From the human T2T-CHM13v2.0 reference genome, Homo sapiens, in the NCBI RefSeq assembly GCF_009914755.1, contig NC_060937.1: a stretch of 64,000 nucleotides of DNA; one strand, written 5' to 3'. Positions within the stretch are counted from its first letter, which is position 1, and each line of letters opens with the position of its first letter. The position numbers were made by a program, and so were the translations under genes. Below are positions 28,978-44,744 of this stretch, in pieces. Below the pieces are notes generated by a model, which saw only the letters and a list, made by a program, of their open reading frames with translations, was not told the DNA's origin and made no database searches.

Positions 28978-29487
28978 GTAAGAATTTTTGAGGAAAGATC
29001 CCAGCTCTGTGGTCTTCTAATAATTTTAATAAATTGAGTGATCTTTCTACTCTTCTCTCTTCTAATATTTCACAGAGCTGGAGTATAGAAAAAAGTGTGT
29101 ATCACAGATGGTGACTTATCGGAGAACCTTTCAGTATTTGAGTAGTGAAAAAAAGGAATGACTTCGTAGAGTACTTTTATAATTCAGAAAAGTATTTTAA
29201 ATGCAGAAATTGTTTTTAATGTGGAAGTTTATTTCATATTACTTTTTTAGTCATTTGACTCCAGTTAGTGGAAAAAACACCAAACTTTAAGCCAGAAATT
29301 TTGGAATTAAGCCTCTAAAATACTTGTGAGGCCTTAGGTAATGTTTGGGGCTTTTAGTTATCTATAAAATTGAGGGTATTGAACTAATATCCAAAGACAT
29401 AATACTTTCTGTAGTGTTAACGCTAAAGGGAATGTGAATAACTAGGGTTTCAGCCAGCTTTCAATCTGGATGGCAGTAAACAATGTG

Positions 29488-30353
<866 letters not shown>

Positions 30354-30925
30354 TGAGTCTTGTTTTCTGAGGTTGTAACCCCATACGTGATTTCAAAGCA
30401 CTGCACTCTGGCAGGAACTTCTAGTTGTGATCAGGGCAATCCAGAAGCATAGTTTCTGGCTTCTTTTCTCTCAGTGATTTCAGGTTAAGTCATGCAGGTC
30501 ATTCATACATTTCTTTATTTAATATTGTTTGAGCAGTTACTACTTCCTAACCATGCAGCCTTGTGTCTACATAATGCCTTGAACATTGAATATTGTGGCA
30601 CTGCTGGTGAGGATGGTCCTTGATGATGACATTGGGAACTGCTAAGGGTTGGAGCAAGACAGTCAGTCTGTTGTGAGGTGAAAGGGATAGGCAGGTATAT
30701 TAACATGTTCTTGTATAATCCGATAAATGTCCTAAAAGATGTAGAGGCACCATGAAAGGCAGAGGAAGAAAACAGTATGGTTTACTTTATGGGCAGGAAG
30801 CACTTCAGAGAGAGGAGTGGCAAGTGCAAAGGCCCAGTCATAAAAGCGTTCTGGGAAATATGAAGTATTTTGGTTTTGGAGCTTAGAAATCAGAGGTGGA
30901 AATGGTGGGCAGAGTTGAGAATTGA

Positions 30926-31364
<439 letters not shown>

Positions 31365-32027
31365 GTCTTTTTTTTTTTTTTTTTTTTTAAGGTAACCAAG
31401 ATAATTTTAAGAATAGATTAGAGGTTAGAAGAGACTGATACCAGAGAAATAAATGCTGTTGTAGTAGTTCTTAAGAGAGATATGGCCTAAGCTAAGGTTT
31501 TTAAGGATGCTTGTAGTACAGGATATTTCTGAAGTAGGATCGACAGGATTTGTAACTAATGGAGTACAGGAGAAGGAAAGGATGTCAAGGATGACTGGTT
31601 TCTGGCTTAAGCAATTGAACTGAGCAAGGTTGGAGATATAGCAAAAAATGTTTGTGGTGAGATATGTAGGAGGCCAAAGGGACATCAAGATAGAACTAGA
31701 CAATGAGGACTTAGGTAAATGTCAGTTTAGACTTAATCACCTGTAGGAGAAATGATGAAAGTGGGTGTGTCATTGGGGAAGTAAGGAGGTAGGAATGGAA
31801 CTCTAGGAAGTGTCAGTTAAGACATGAACAGAGGAAAGAGAGCTACAGAAAAAAAGGACTGAAAAGGAATAGGGAGACAGCTGGGGGCTGACAGAGACAC
31901 AAGGGCCAGAAGAAAGGAATAGAGAATGGTTATTGATAGAGTATTAGAGAGGAGGGACCATTTTTCTGCTGAGAGGGAAAGGAGGAGGATAAATGCTGCA
32001 TTAGAGGTAAATCTAGGAGTAGAATAA

Positions 32028-32361
<334 letters not shown>

Positions 32362-32576
32362 ATTCTTTTGTTTTTCTTAAAGAGCCATCTTTTTTGTGTT
32401 CACCATGGTTTAGTCTCAACTTTTACATATTTTCTCTCACAGATACACCCTTCTTCTATTGGCAAAAGGTAGTATCATGAACTTTTAGGGATCCTTATTG
32501 AAACCAGTATAATAGAACACTTACAGGTAAAGTAGGATTTTTGTTTGTTTGTTTATTCATTTATTTATTTAAATAG

Positions 32577-32726
32577 GAACGCCAGCCACTACATCTGCAG
32601 CTACAACAGGCTTCAGTTTAGGATTCAATAAACCTGCAGCATCTGCCACACCATTTGCTCTACCTATTACCTCTACCTCAGCTAGCGGTCTGACTCTTTC
32701 GTCTGCTCTGACATCAACTCCAGCAG
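32577..32726 (+). CDS. NUP58: NUP58 exon 4 (GTPATTSAATTGFSLGFNK...STPA), 150 nt
   Basis: aaatag|GA ... GCAG|gtgagg. Confidence 0.97.
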
Positions 32727-33307
32727 GTGAGGCAGAATGAAAAACCGTTGCATTTAATGGTTAAATTTCAATTTTATCTGGTTAGAGAACATAGATAGTC
32801 ACCTTACTACAGAAATTATTGATTTATAAAGAAGAAAATTCAGCTTTGAGCATTGAAGCAGGAGAGGCTGTCTTGATGTCCCTATTTAGAGAGCAAAGCA
32901 GGGGAGAGGGCTAGAGAGGTAAAATGTAAAGCTGTTAATATTGACTTTGTTTTGAAGGAGGCATTTAGTGACAGGGGAAGACAAAGACTTGGCATAAACC
33001 TTGCCTGGCTTATGATTCATTTAATATGAAGGTGAAGTTGGTGGCCTGGGTTGAAGACAATATTGCTATCTAGAATCAGTTACCTGGTACCATTCTAATA
33101 CTCCTCAAAGCCCTTATTTCTGTCGCAGATTTTTGCTTTGAAGCTGCTATTTCTCTTTATTCTTAAGTATGTAATTTTTAGCAAGTAGTTCTTCCAAAGA
33201 GCCAATTTTATCATGGATGTCAGTTTTTAAAAACATCGTATTTGTATTTTTCTATGGTGCTGTTAAATAAGTTGCCTTTTGAAAGCTTACTATCTCTCTT
33301 TTTATAG

Positions 33308-33445
33308 CATCCACAGGATTTACTCTAAATAATTTGGGTGGGACAACAGCCACAACTACAACTGCATCAACAGGCCTCTCTTTAGGGGGAGCCTTAGCTG
33401 GTTTGGGAGGTTCACTTTTCCAGAGTACAAACACAGGAACATCAG
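33308..33445 (+). CDS. NUP58: NUP58 exon 5 (ASTGFTLNNLGG...TNTGTS), 138 nt
   Basis: ttatag|CA ... TCAG|gtaatt. Confidence 0.97.
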
Positions 33446-33614
33446 GTAATTGATGGTATTTATTCTCCAGAATAGTAAATATTTATATTTAAATGTACTT
33501 ATTTTTATTTTAGTACTTTGAGCAGGTCACTTTTTAATCTGCATATTTTCCTTTAAATATGAAAACTAAATTATAAAATGATGGTTTTCATACATAATTG
33601 GATGTATTAACCGT

Positions 33615-33927
33615 ATTTTATTTATTTATTTATTTATTTTGAGATGGAGTCTTGCTCTGTCACCCAGGCTGGAGTGCAGTGGCGTGATCTTGGTTCACTG
33701 TAACCTCCACCTCCAGGGTTCAAGAGAGATTCTCCTGCCTCAGCCTCCTGAGTAGCTGGGATTACAGGTGTGTGCCAGCACACCTGGCTTATATTTGTAT
33801 TTTTAGTAGAGATGAGGGGGTTCACCATGTTGGCCAAGCTGGTCTCAAACTTCTGACCTCAAGTGATCCGGCTGCCTTGGCCTCCCAAAGTGCTGAGATT
33901 ACAGGCGTAAGCCACCGCACCCAGCCT
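33615..33927 (-). mobile_element. Alu SINE (S-type)
   Basis: Full Alu body. Confidence 0.94.
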
Positions 33928-34107
33928 ATTAGCCATATTTTAGAAATACATTTTCCTCTTTCTCAATATTGACTAACCAGATAAGGAAAGAAAGAAGAGC
34001 CTGTTTAAGGAGTCAGTAAACTGATCTAGAGATAACATCTCTTCTAAAAAGAACAAAAATTGTATTAGCTCAGTAATGCATGGTCTTATAAAAGTATAGA
34101 TTTATTA

Positions 34108-34416
<309 letters not shown>

Positions 34417-35050
34417 ATACAGATTTATCAACACAAGATGCTTGAAATTTTGCGCTTGACTCACAAGTGTACGTTAATGACTTATGATTAACCGTAGTCT
34501 GGTCCTTTTTATTCCTTTTGTCAGTGAGGGAAGATGTAAATAAACAAATGAATTCTAATACTTTTTTTTAAGTTTTGTGAAACGAACTTGGGAGTATGAA
34601 ATTATATTCAATACATGTTATATTCAAATGTTATAAATTCACACTAGATTATCTTAAAAGTATGTAGTTCCAAAGTGTGTTTGTAAGACAAGATGTATTC
34701 ACCTGAAAATACACCAACTGAAACTGCTTTTGTAGAGAGGGTTTAAAAGCCCTCTGTAACAAAACCCCTTTATAACAAGTGAAGATTGAGTGCCTACATA
34801 CTGAATTGATATATGTTCTGGCCCTCGTAATAATGAAAAATCGCATCATCCAAACTGCATATGCCATCGAATTCAAGAAAGGTTATCAGTCTTTGGCCAA
34901 AACATCTCCAGGCTTGTTTCTTGTTGTTTGCCTAAATCAAATATGAAGAAAATCTAGGATCCAACTTTAAAAGCATTAGAGTCCTTTGATCAGTAAGGGG
35001 AAATTGTTGTAGTCTTTTGATGGAATTTATAAGTTATGTTTTATTTATAG

Positions 35051-35161
35051 AACTTGGACAGAATGCTTTAGGGTTGACTTTGGGAACTACAGCAGCTACT
35101 TCAACTGCAGGCAATGAAGGCCTTGGTGGTATAGATTTCAGTAGCTCCTCAGATAAAAAGA
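35051..35161 (+). CDS. NUP58: NUP58 exon 6 (xLGQNALGLTLG...SSDKK), 111 nt
   Basis: ttatag|AA CTT GGA CAG ... AAG A|gtaagt. Confidence 0.95.
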
Positions 35162-37546
35162 GTAAGTAATGCTGTTGTAACTTTATGTTTTAACAGTTCT
35201 GTTGAGGGAATGTCTAGGTTGCTCAAAATTCCTTTGTGTGGAAGATTAGCAGTTATATATTTAGTAGTAACAGTTAGCTATCTTAATGTGTATACGAATA
35301 TGTATTTTTTAATAGGGATCATGATACATATGCAGTATTGTTTTGTAGTCTGTTCTTATCTAACATCAGAAGCATTTGTCAGTAACTCTTTTTAAATATT
35401 TTAATGCTGCTTAATATCAGTTTTATGGATGGATAAGTTAGTCAACCATTGTTCTCTTGTTAGATGTTTATTTCCAGATGTTTTACTTTGGGAAGTAAAA
35501 CACTGGGCATTTATCTAAAAAGGCAACATAATATAGTAGTTTAAGAGTGTCTGCTCTGGAGTGGAATTGCCCGGGTTCAGATCCTGGCTCAACTGCTTAT
35601 AAGCTCTCTGACCTTATTGAAGTTACTTATATTATGTGCTTTGGTTTTTCCTTATCTGTTAAATGGTTTGAGGGTTACTATTTGTAAAACCCTAGCAGAG
35701 CCAGACATGTAGGTGTCTCCTTTTATTATCAATGCTTGTTTATATTTTTGGTTATTTCTTAGGGAAAATACCTGGAAATTGGATCATTGGCTTAAAGAGA
35801 GGGATATTTTGGAGACTCTTAGTGTATAGTTTGTGAAATCGCTTTCCCAGAAAGATTTTACCAGTTTACCCCCTAACCAGTATGAAAATACCTTTCTTGC
35901 TGTGCCCTTGCCACGTTGAATCTTGGTTTTAAAAATTTGCTAATCCAAATTCATTTTGAAAATGTTTTCATTGTTTTTTGTGTTACTTTGTTTTGCACCA
36001 TCTCTTCTGCTTCTGATGAAAGCATGTTTCACTAGAATATATACCATATATACTAGGGTATATATATACATATTGAACTTCTCTGAAGAAAGATAAATGG
36101 ATGAAGCTGTGAAATAGTATCTGTGTATCTATATGACTTTTTTTTAAAAAACTGGACACAGGTTTTATTATAAGGAGATACTATTCTAGGGTGAATTACT
36201 ATTTTAAAGTTGGTAAAACCTTTTTAAACTTTTACAAAGTTTAGATTTCTCTTTCAATGAAAATTGACAAATTTCTAAACAAAGTTTGTTTTTACTTAGT
36301 TTTCTCTGTAGCAACTCCATAATTAGGAAAGCAGCCTTAGCAGCTTATTTGTTTACTCAAGTGGAATAGCTTGGTACCACTTTTATTACTTTTATTTTAA
36401 GCATGAGAGTACTTCTCTATTATAATTGTTTTTAGGCTCAAAGAGCAGGCTAAGGCAGAAGAGTAAGATAAATGTAAGAAATTAATCTCCCCTCCTCTGC
36501 CCCTCCCCACATCTTCCTGCTTTCATAGTGTACCTAAGATAGAGTTGAGCAAGGAGAATATATACAATAAATGAAATAAATGTCTTAGATATGACATTAA
36601 ATTTTATAAATATTTATGTACACACAAACATGTATATAAATAACTTGGGTGTGTTTCTACTATGGATCTCTGATTACTACATCCCAGTTCCCTTTTATCT
36701 ATTGCTTATATCAAGGGATTCTTTTTTTTTAATCCAAATGATTTCTGTGTTTCTAGTAGCTGTATCAGTTAGCTTGGGCCCTGCAGTACCAGTGTGGGAT
36801 TTAACCAGATAGAGAGTAGCAATAAACAGCATTCAGTGAAGAGGGGACAGCGTCAAGTGAGACTAGAGATGAGAAGGACCTTGACCCTTTTGAGGAAATG
36901 ATAGAAGGCCAGATTAGCCATAGAGCAGAAAGATGAGGTTCCAGAAGTCATGGAGTCCTTATTTGCCATGTTGAGTTTTGTCATTATATTAATACCTCAG
37001 GCAATTTGGGTCTATTAAAGGGATTTGATGAGATTTGTATTTTAAGATTAAGAGCATTCTGACAGCCATATGGAAAATAGCATTCAGGAAGGCAAGAATT
37101 GTCATGGAGAACTGTTAGGAAGCTTTTGTAGAGCTCCACGTGTATTACTGAGGCAAAGCTAGGTAGATTAATTGGGGGTCCATGGTAATCAGGGATCCAT
37201 GGTAGAAACAGGCTCAAGTTTTTTTTATATACATGTTTGTGTGTATGTAAGTATTTACAAAATATAATAAAATGTCATATCAAAGAAATAATATGCTAGT
37301 CAATTTAAAAGTTGGTGAATTATTTGGAGAAACATAAAATGAAATCCTTATTTTTATTTCCATGTCTCATAAAATCTAGGACATCTATAGAAGATAGGTG
37401 GCAATTTTAGAGATACTAAATATGAAAGAAAAAAATCTTAATAAAATACAAAACATGGAAACATAAATTACAGTTGGATGAAAGAGGTAAAAAAGTAAAA
37501 CCCCATGTGCAGAGGTAAAAGGTAAATGAGGAAAGTAAAATGCTTG

Positions 37547-38123
<577 letters not shown>

Positions 38124-38645
38124 TTATTTTTTCACATTTTAACATCTCTGAAATTGAGATACATCTTACAAGAGTCTAATATTAGAAATACATATTAAAT
38201 TATGTAAATGAGACAAATAATATACTTAATGTTGAAATAGCTCTTAGAAATATATAAGAAAAATACCGTAAGAAAAGTGTGCAAATCACAAGTAAGCAGT
38301 TCATGAAAGAAGAAATATACTTGTCTCATGAGCATTTGAAGAAAATGGTTTTCTTCACCAAATATAAACTAAGAATTATTATGAAGTGGCATTTTTCACC
38401 TACATAACTGGCAAGGTTTTTTATAAAATATGTCCGTTGTTGTGAGGGTGTGATAAGGTATTCATGGCAGATGGGAAGATAAATTGTGATAGTTGTTTTA
38501 AGGGATTGTCAGATTGGAGAAGTACAGGTAATCTGACAGTATTCTGTACTGATAGGGCCTTAAAAAGTGTCAGGTAAAGTTATCAGGAGTTAAACTGGTA
38601 GGCAACAACATAAATTTTCCATACAGGATATTTTTCACGGAAGAT

Positions 38646-38865
38646 GGTTGAGAAAGGGAAATTCTTGCCCTTGAAAGTATATGTACATCTGCCATATATC
38701 TGCTTATGTGTACAGATGTCTTCATAAAATGCTTTGCTTCTGAGTTCATGACGAGGGTTGAGAAAGGGAAAATCTTGCCCTTGAAAGTATATGTACATCT
38801 GCCATATATCTGCTTATGTGTACAGATGTCTTCATAAAATGCTTTGCTTCTGAGTTCATGATGAG
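38646..38865. repeat. Tandem duplication, 2 x 110 bp (108/110 identical)
   Basis: ggttgagaaagggaaa[t/a]tcttgccc ... gagttcatga[c/t]gag at 38646 and 38756. Confidence 0.97.
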
Positions 38866-39008
38866 TCATGACATCACATGATGTTTATGAGGCAAGCAAA
38901 GAAATGCTTAACAGTTTATACTTTAATTTGTGTTAATTTAAAGCTTGTATTTGGAGTATGTTGTTCAATTACCAATTTTTTTTACGTGAAGCTTCTTGAA
39001 TTTTCTAG

Positions 39009-39033
39009 GTGATAAAACGGGAACAAGACCAGA
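39009..39033 (+). CDS. NUP58: NUP58 exon 7, 25-nt micro-exon (SDKTGTRPE)
   Basis: ttctag|GT GAT AAA ACG GGA ACA AGA CCA GA|gtaagt; needed to keep the frame. Confidence 0.93.
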
Positions 39034-40212
39034 GTAAGTTTACAAATTTACCCTTAAGGCATTTTAATTGAAGAGTTTAACTTATTAAATTGTAGGCAGA
39101 TGGTATAATTGAAAGTAAATATCATATACATTTAGGAGAAAAAACTTTTTTGTAATGGTATTCGTTAAAAGTAAAATAATAGACGTATGTTCTGGTAAGA
39201 TAATGAAAGGTCAAATCTTTAGTTTTTAGTCATTAAGAAAATTTAAAACTATTTCTGGAAAGGTGTTTGGTATTTCTCTAATATAAATAAATACAAATAT
39301 GTGTGTTTATTTCTTTAGTCTGTTAAATATTGAACAACTCATGGAACTTTACTTTTGGAGCATTTAAAAAATATATGAATTATTGTGCCAGTCTCGTTTT
39401 ATGTCCTGGTGTTTTCAGTGAAGAGAATAGCCTCCATATACATCATATATATGTTTGAAGATGGTCATTCTTCTTATTACCAATTATATTTTCTCACATG
39501 ATTTGTACTATATTAAATAAAGCATTCATAAATAAATGACAAATTCACTCCTTACAAACATCCTGTGTATATTTTAGCTTACTATTTAAATGAAGAAGAT
39601 TAGAGAAACTAAGATCTGCATAAGGGTTATGAAATCTAACTCATGATTCCATTGCAGCATGCCAGATGTCACTTGTTCTTGTTCTCATTAAATATTTATT
39701 ATTCCTGTAAGCTCTGCCTAGGTCTTATTTTTTCATTCTAATGCATGTTGAAGAACTAACTGAAGTTATTTTTCAAAAGTATTTTGAGCATCTCGTTGTG
39801 AGAAGTTTTGTAGACTTTCTTTAATGAATACATTAATATTTTGGAATGGAATAAATTGTCAGTCAGAATCTTTAAGCCAGAGGGAACTTAGTTTAACATC
39901 TTACCCAATTTGCAGTATTCTCTGATTTTTTTGTTAGACATTTAGTCATATGCTTTTAAGTATGTTTTTAATAGATGCCAATCTTCTTAGATAAGAAATC
40001 TTCATGTCAGATGAATTGTTAAAATTATTTTATAGATCCTATTTACAATAAATTTATGTTTTTTATAAAGAGCTTTGAAATCATCCAGAGAAGCCATACG
40101 TGCTTTTTTGCTATATTTTCTTGTGTCTTAATACTCTAATACTCTATTAAAACTCAGCTGTCAACTTTTTAAAATCTCAATGACCTTAATACATGTTTTG
40201 CATTTTTCTTAG

Positions 40213-40278
40213 GGATAGTAAAGCTCTGAAGGATGAAAATCTACCTCCTGTCATCTGCCAGGATGTTGAAAATCTCCA
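40213..40278 (+). CDS. NUP58: NUP58 exon 8 (DSKALKDENLPPVICQDVENLQ), 66 nt
   Basis: tcttag|G ... CTCCA|gtaagt. Confidence 0.96.
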
Positions 40279-40601
40279 GTAAGTGTCAAATATAATTAGA
40301 TAAATAACACTTGAAGAATTCTAGAATACTTCTTAAGGGGAGCATCTCTTCCTCCTAAAATCGCATCCTAGAGGAGCATCTCTTAACTAGGGTTAAAATG
40401 TTAGTGCTTTTAGAAATCAGAAAAAAAGCAGAACAACAGGAATTAAAATTGTATAACTTCCATTCTGTAAAAAAGTGTGAACTATAGATGAATTTTTAGT
40501 TTTGTATTTTAAAACACTTGGACTGTTTTAAGTATATATATATTTTGTGTAGGAAACCAAAGATACATTTTTTAAAACTCAGTTTTAAATATATTTTTTA
40601 G

Positions 40602-40776
40602 GAAATTTGTGAAGGAGCAGAAACAAGTTCAAGAAGAAATTAGTAGAATGTCTTCAAAAGCAATGCTTAAGGTACAAGAAGATATTAAAGCTCTGAAGCA
40701 GCTCCTGTCGTTGGCTGCCAATGGAATACAGAGAAACACTCTCAACATTGACAAATTGAAAATAGAAACTGCTCAG
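40602..40776 (+). CDS. NUP58: NUP58 exon 9 ([12 protein letters not shown]...IETAQ), coiled coil, 175 nt
   Basis: ttttag|G ... CAG|gtatac; overlaps ORF 40609..40806. Confidence 0.97.
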
Positions 40777-41317
40777 GTATACCAACTTATGGCCATTTTA
40801 CCGTAGGGTTTTTTTGTTTTGTTTTTTCCAAAATGGAAATAAGGTGTTTTGTTTTGTTTGTTTTTAATTATGAAATTTGATACATGCATACCGGTAGAAA
40901 ACCAGATAACTCATATACTTTAATAATGAGTTTTTATTAAGCGTTTTCTGTATACAAGACAGTATCCTAAGCAATTTATATCTGTTAAAAGCATTAAGTA
41001 TTTCTGAAAAGACCCAACAAGGTAGGAATTATTATCCCCATTATATAAATAAGAAAAAAAGCACAGAGCTTTGTTAGTAAGTTGAAGGGCCTGGATTCAG
41101 ACCCTGGTAATCCAACTCCAGAGTTTATGCTGTTAACTAACTAGGTTTCGTAAGTGTGGTTGCTGGCTAAATTGGCCTATTATATAAGAGGAAACATAGC
41201 TAGTCAGAAAATAATGTTTTTTAACTGTCGGTTTTTAAATAAAAATTATATCATGCTGTGTGGATATTAAATTTGATGACTTGCAAGTCGTGGTTAAATC
41301 TTAGTTTAAAAATAGTA

Positions 41318-41657
<340 letters not shown>

Positions 41658-42122
41658 CTACTTGTTTTTCCTCCTTATGGTGTAATATACAATACATATT
41701 AAATATATGTCGTTCTTTTCTACCTCAGTGGGAAAGGATGACGATAGGTGATTTATTTGTGTTGTAGTTACCGTAATTACAGAATATACTTGATCTCATC
41801 ATAGCAGTCTAGAAATCTTTCCGTGAAGTTGTCCCTGATCTGTTAATGAACTTCATGTGAGATACGCCTTTTTGCTGTGGATTTATCAGAGGGCTGTGAT
41901 CTTCACAAACGAAGTGGTAGTATTTTAAGTAAAATTTTTAAAGGTGCTTTTGGGTCTTTAAGTCCACTATTGGAGAATATCTTGTAATCTTTTTAATAAT
42001 GATGTGTTACTAAAAGAGCTACTCTAAACTGTAATGGCTAAAGGAATTTCAAAGACTTTATTGTCTGTCCTCAGACTTCCTGGTCTCTTAACACATTTAT
42101 TTGGTTAAATATGAATGTAATA

Positions 42123-42459
42123 CAGGTTGAGCATCCCTAATCCAAAATCTGAAATGTTGCAAAATCCAAAACTTTTTGAGTGCTAACATGATGCCACAGG
42201 TGGAAAATTCCACACCTGAACTCATGGGATAGGTTACAGTTAAAACTTCATTTCATGTACAAAATTATTAAAATTGTATACAGTTACTTTCAGGCTATGT
42301 GTATAAGAAACACAAATGAATTTTGTGTTTAAATTTGGGTTCTATCCCCTATTCCCAAGGTGCCTGATTTTATGTATGCAGATATTCCAGAATCAGAAAA
42401 ATTCTGAAATCCAAAACACTTCTGGTCCCAAGCTTTTTGAATATGGGATACTCAACCTG
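42123..42459 (+). mobile_element. Tigger4/MER46-type MITE (TcMar-Tigger)
   Basis: TIRs caggttgagcatccc ... gggatactcaacctg with TA target duplications. Confidence 0.88.
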
Positions 42460-42934
42460 TATTGCCCCATGTTTCCTTTCCACTTACTCTTCCTAATCAT
42501 CACCTATGTCCTTTCTAGGGAATAGAAAGAGTTAATTATGTTTTTATACTGGAGAATGTTTAGACTGTGATTAAACATCACATGAAATTATGTGAAATAT
42601 TTGAAATTATATATAAGTTATTTAGAAAACATAATTAGAGCAAAATAATGGAGGAGGCAAACTCGAAAGAAAGAAGTGAATGCTGTAATGGGACCCATTT
42701 TAACTCGAAAACTGAATGATTGCATTCACCGCTGTTTGTGGAGTAGCTGTCATATAATGGGCACATTAATAGTCTTTTAGAGATAAAAAGACAACTCCAA
42801 AGGTACTAAAAGTCTAGTAGGGTGAATGAAATAATAAAAGATTGAGAAGAGCATAAAGGTGGCAAAGGAATAAGAGGTTGGGAGTCAAAGTTTCCTTAAG
42901 GAAGAATCATCTGAGCTGAATTTCAGGAATTTTA

Positions 42935-43072
42935 TAGTTAATGCATGCTGGGCTTAATACCTAGGCGATGAGTTGATAGGTGCAGCAGACCACCATGGCA
43001 CACGTTTACCTATGTAACAAACCTGCACATCTACCCTGGAACTTAAAAAATAAAATTAAATAAAAAAAAAAA
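42935..43072 (+). mobile_element. Short L1PA 3' end
   Basis: gcttaatacctaggcgatgagttgataggtgcagca ... acctatgtaacaaacctgcacat plus poly-A. Confidence 0.85.
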
Positions 43073-44664
43073 GATTTTTATTTCATGCTCACCAGGTCAA
43101 AGGGGAAGAAGAAAAAGAGAAAAAAAAATAAACATTTTTAAAGAAATTTGATCTAAGATTACTCTAATGTCTAGTAGCTAGGAACTAATACTCTACTAAG
43201 AGTCTAGTGAATTACCAATTGAAAAAAATGTTCTGAATCCTCTATAAAGTATCAATCTTATTTAACCCTAAAATCTTTTCTTCAAAGAAAGCCTTTCTGG
43301 GAAATATAAGCAGTTCTGCAGTTAGAACTGATGCAGACCAGATTCTTATGGAAGACAAAGTCTTTTATATACTTCATTTTTAATAAGTAACTTGAGTTAA
43401 AATAGGATGGTGGTTCTTTTGGGGTAAGTGGGGGCCGCATGGTTTATTGAAGTTAAATTACTGAGTTCAGCTCTCCAGTCATTCAACTAACATTTTTAAA
43501 AGATCTGTTATGTGCCAGGTGCTTCAGCAGGCATTAGGGATCAAGACTTAGACTAGGGAGAGAGTTAAATCCATCAGGTGATATGATCCAGGTACAAGGG
43601 TTTTGTAGGGGCACAGAGGCCTCAAGTGGGCATTTTTGTCATCTGTCCAGTGTAGAATACCTTTACATTGAGTCTTGAAAAAGAGGAAAGTATCATGAAC
43701 GAGGGTATGGGCATGTCTGAAGATCTACAAGCAGTTTAGTGTTAGGAGAGTCTGGGCCTGGCTAGAGTCAGTGCTTAGAGAGGTAGCAGGGGTCAGAGTC
43801 TTGAATCATCTACACATGTATTTGTACTGGAGTGGGGTGGGATGGAAGCCTGAGTTGAGTGAAAAGGATGTAGAAAAAACAGTCATCAGCTTAGCAGCTT
43901 GGCAGTTTAATGAGGAAGAGATGTTGCTACAGGGAATATAAAGTTAAAGTAACTCTTTGTGAAATAAAGAATACTTAAATAGAGGTCGAAAATATAGTGA
44001 AATGATAGGAATGTGGAATGTAAGGGGGTAAACAATACTAATCTTGAAAAAACATTGGCTGGAATTGTAGAAAGCAATATAAGAATGGTTGAGTGTGTAA
44101 GCTTTAAAAGATCCAGTTCTTCGGTCTTCTAGCAGCATGATATTGGGCAAGTTACTTAATGGCTTTGTAAATCCATTTCTTCATCTATAAAAAGAGAAAC
44201 ATTCCCTACATTGTAATGTTGTCCTTGAGAAGTAACTTTTAGCATAGTGTTTGGTACATAGCAAGCACCCAAATGTTAATTGTGCCTGCCTCAGCCTCAA
44301 CATTATTATTGCCACCTGCCTTTTAAAAAAAAAAAGTATTTTCTGCGTTTATATTAATGATTTTAAGTAGTAGTATAATCTTTACGCTGTAAATGAATTC
44401 ACTTCGTGAATCCTACAGAAATCTATAGTTTTAAAAATAGATCTACAGCTCTTTATAAGTTTGTTAAAACTGTAATTTGTCTGCTCTTGAAAGGTTTTAG
44501 CAACTTGTGAAGCAGCTTCATCCATAATATGTTCTTATAGCATGAACCTCCAAGGTATTGTTTGAAGTTTCAGTCCAGAGACTGAATATTTTTTTTCGTA
44601 CGGTATTTTTAACATAACTCTTAACTGGCTTTTTTTTTTTTTTTTAAATCCTCTGGTATATTAG

Positions 44665-44744
44665 GAGTTGAAGAATGCTGAAATAGCTTTAAGAACCCAG
44701 AAGACACCACCTGGACTTCAACATGAATATGCAGCTCCTGCTGA
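44665..44744 (+). CDS. NUP58: NUP58 exon 10 (ELKNAEIALRTQKTPPGLQHEYAAPAD), 80 nt
   Basis: attag|GAG ... GCTGA|gtaagt. Confidence 0.96.

Noticed and set aside
32627-32632. AATAAA inside exon 4 (and similarly in exon 15)
   Set aside because: Explained by Asn-Lys codons, with no convincing downstream element.
38646-38865. Repeat arrays as CRISPR-like structures
   Set aside because: Two-copy tandem duplications with no spacers, in a eukaryotic intron.
38855-38930. ATGATGA box-C-like motif, possible intronic snoRNA
   Set aside because: No CTGA box D or terminal stem at a suitable distance.
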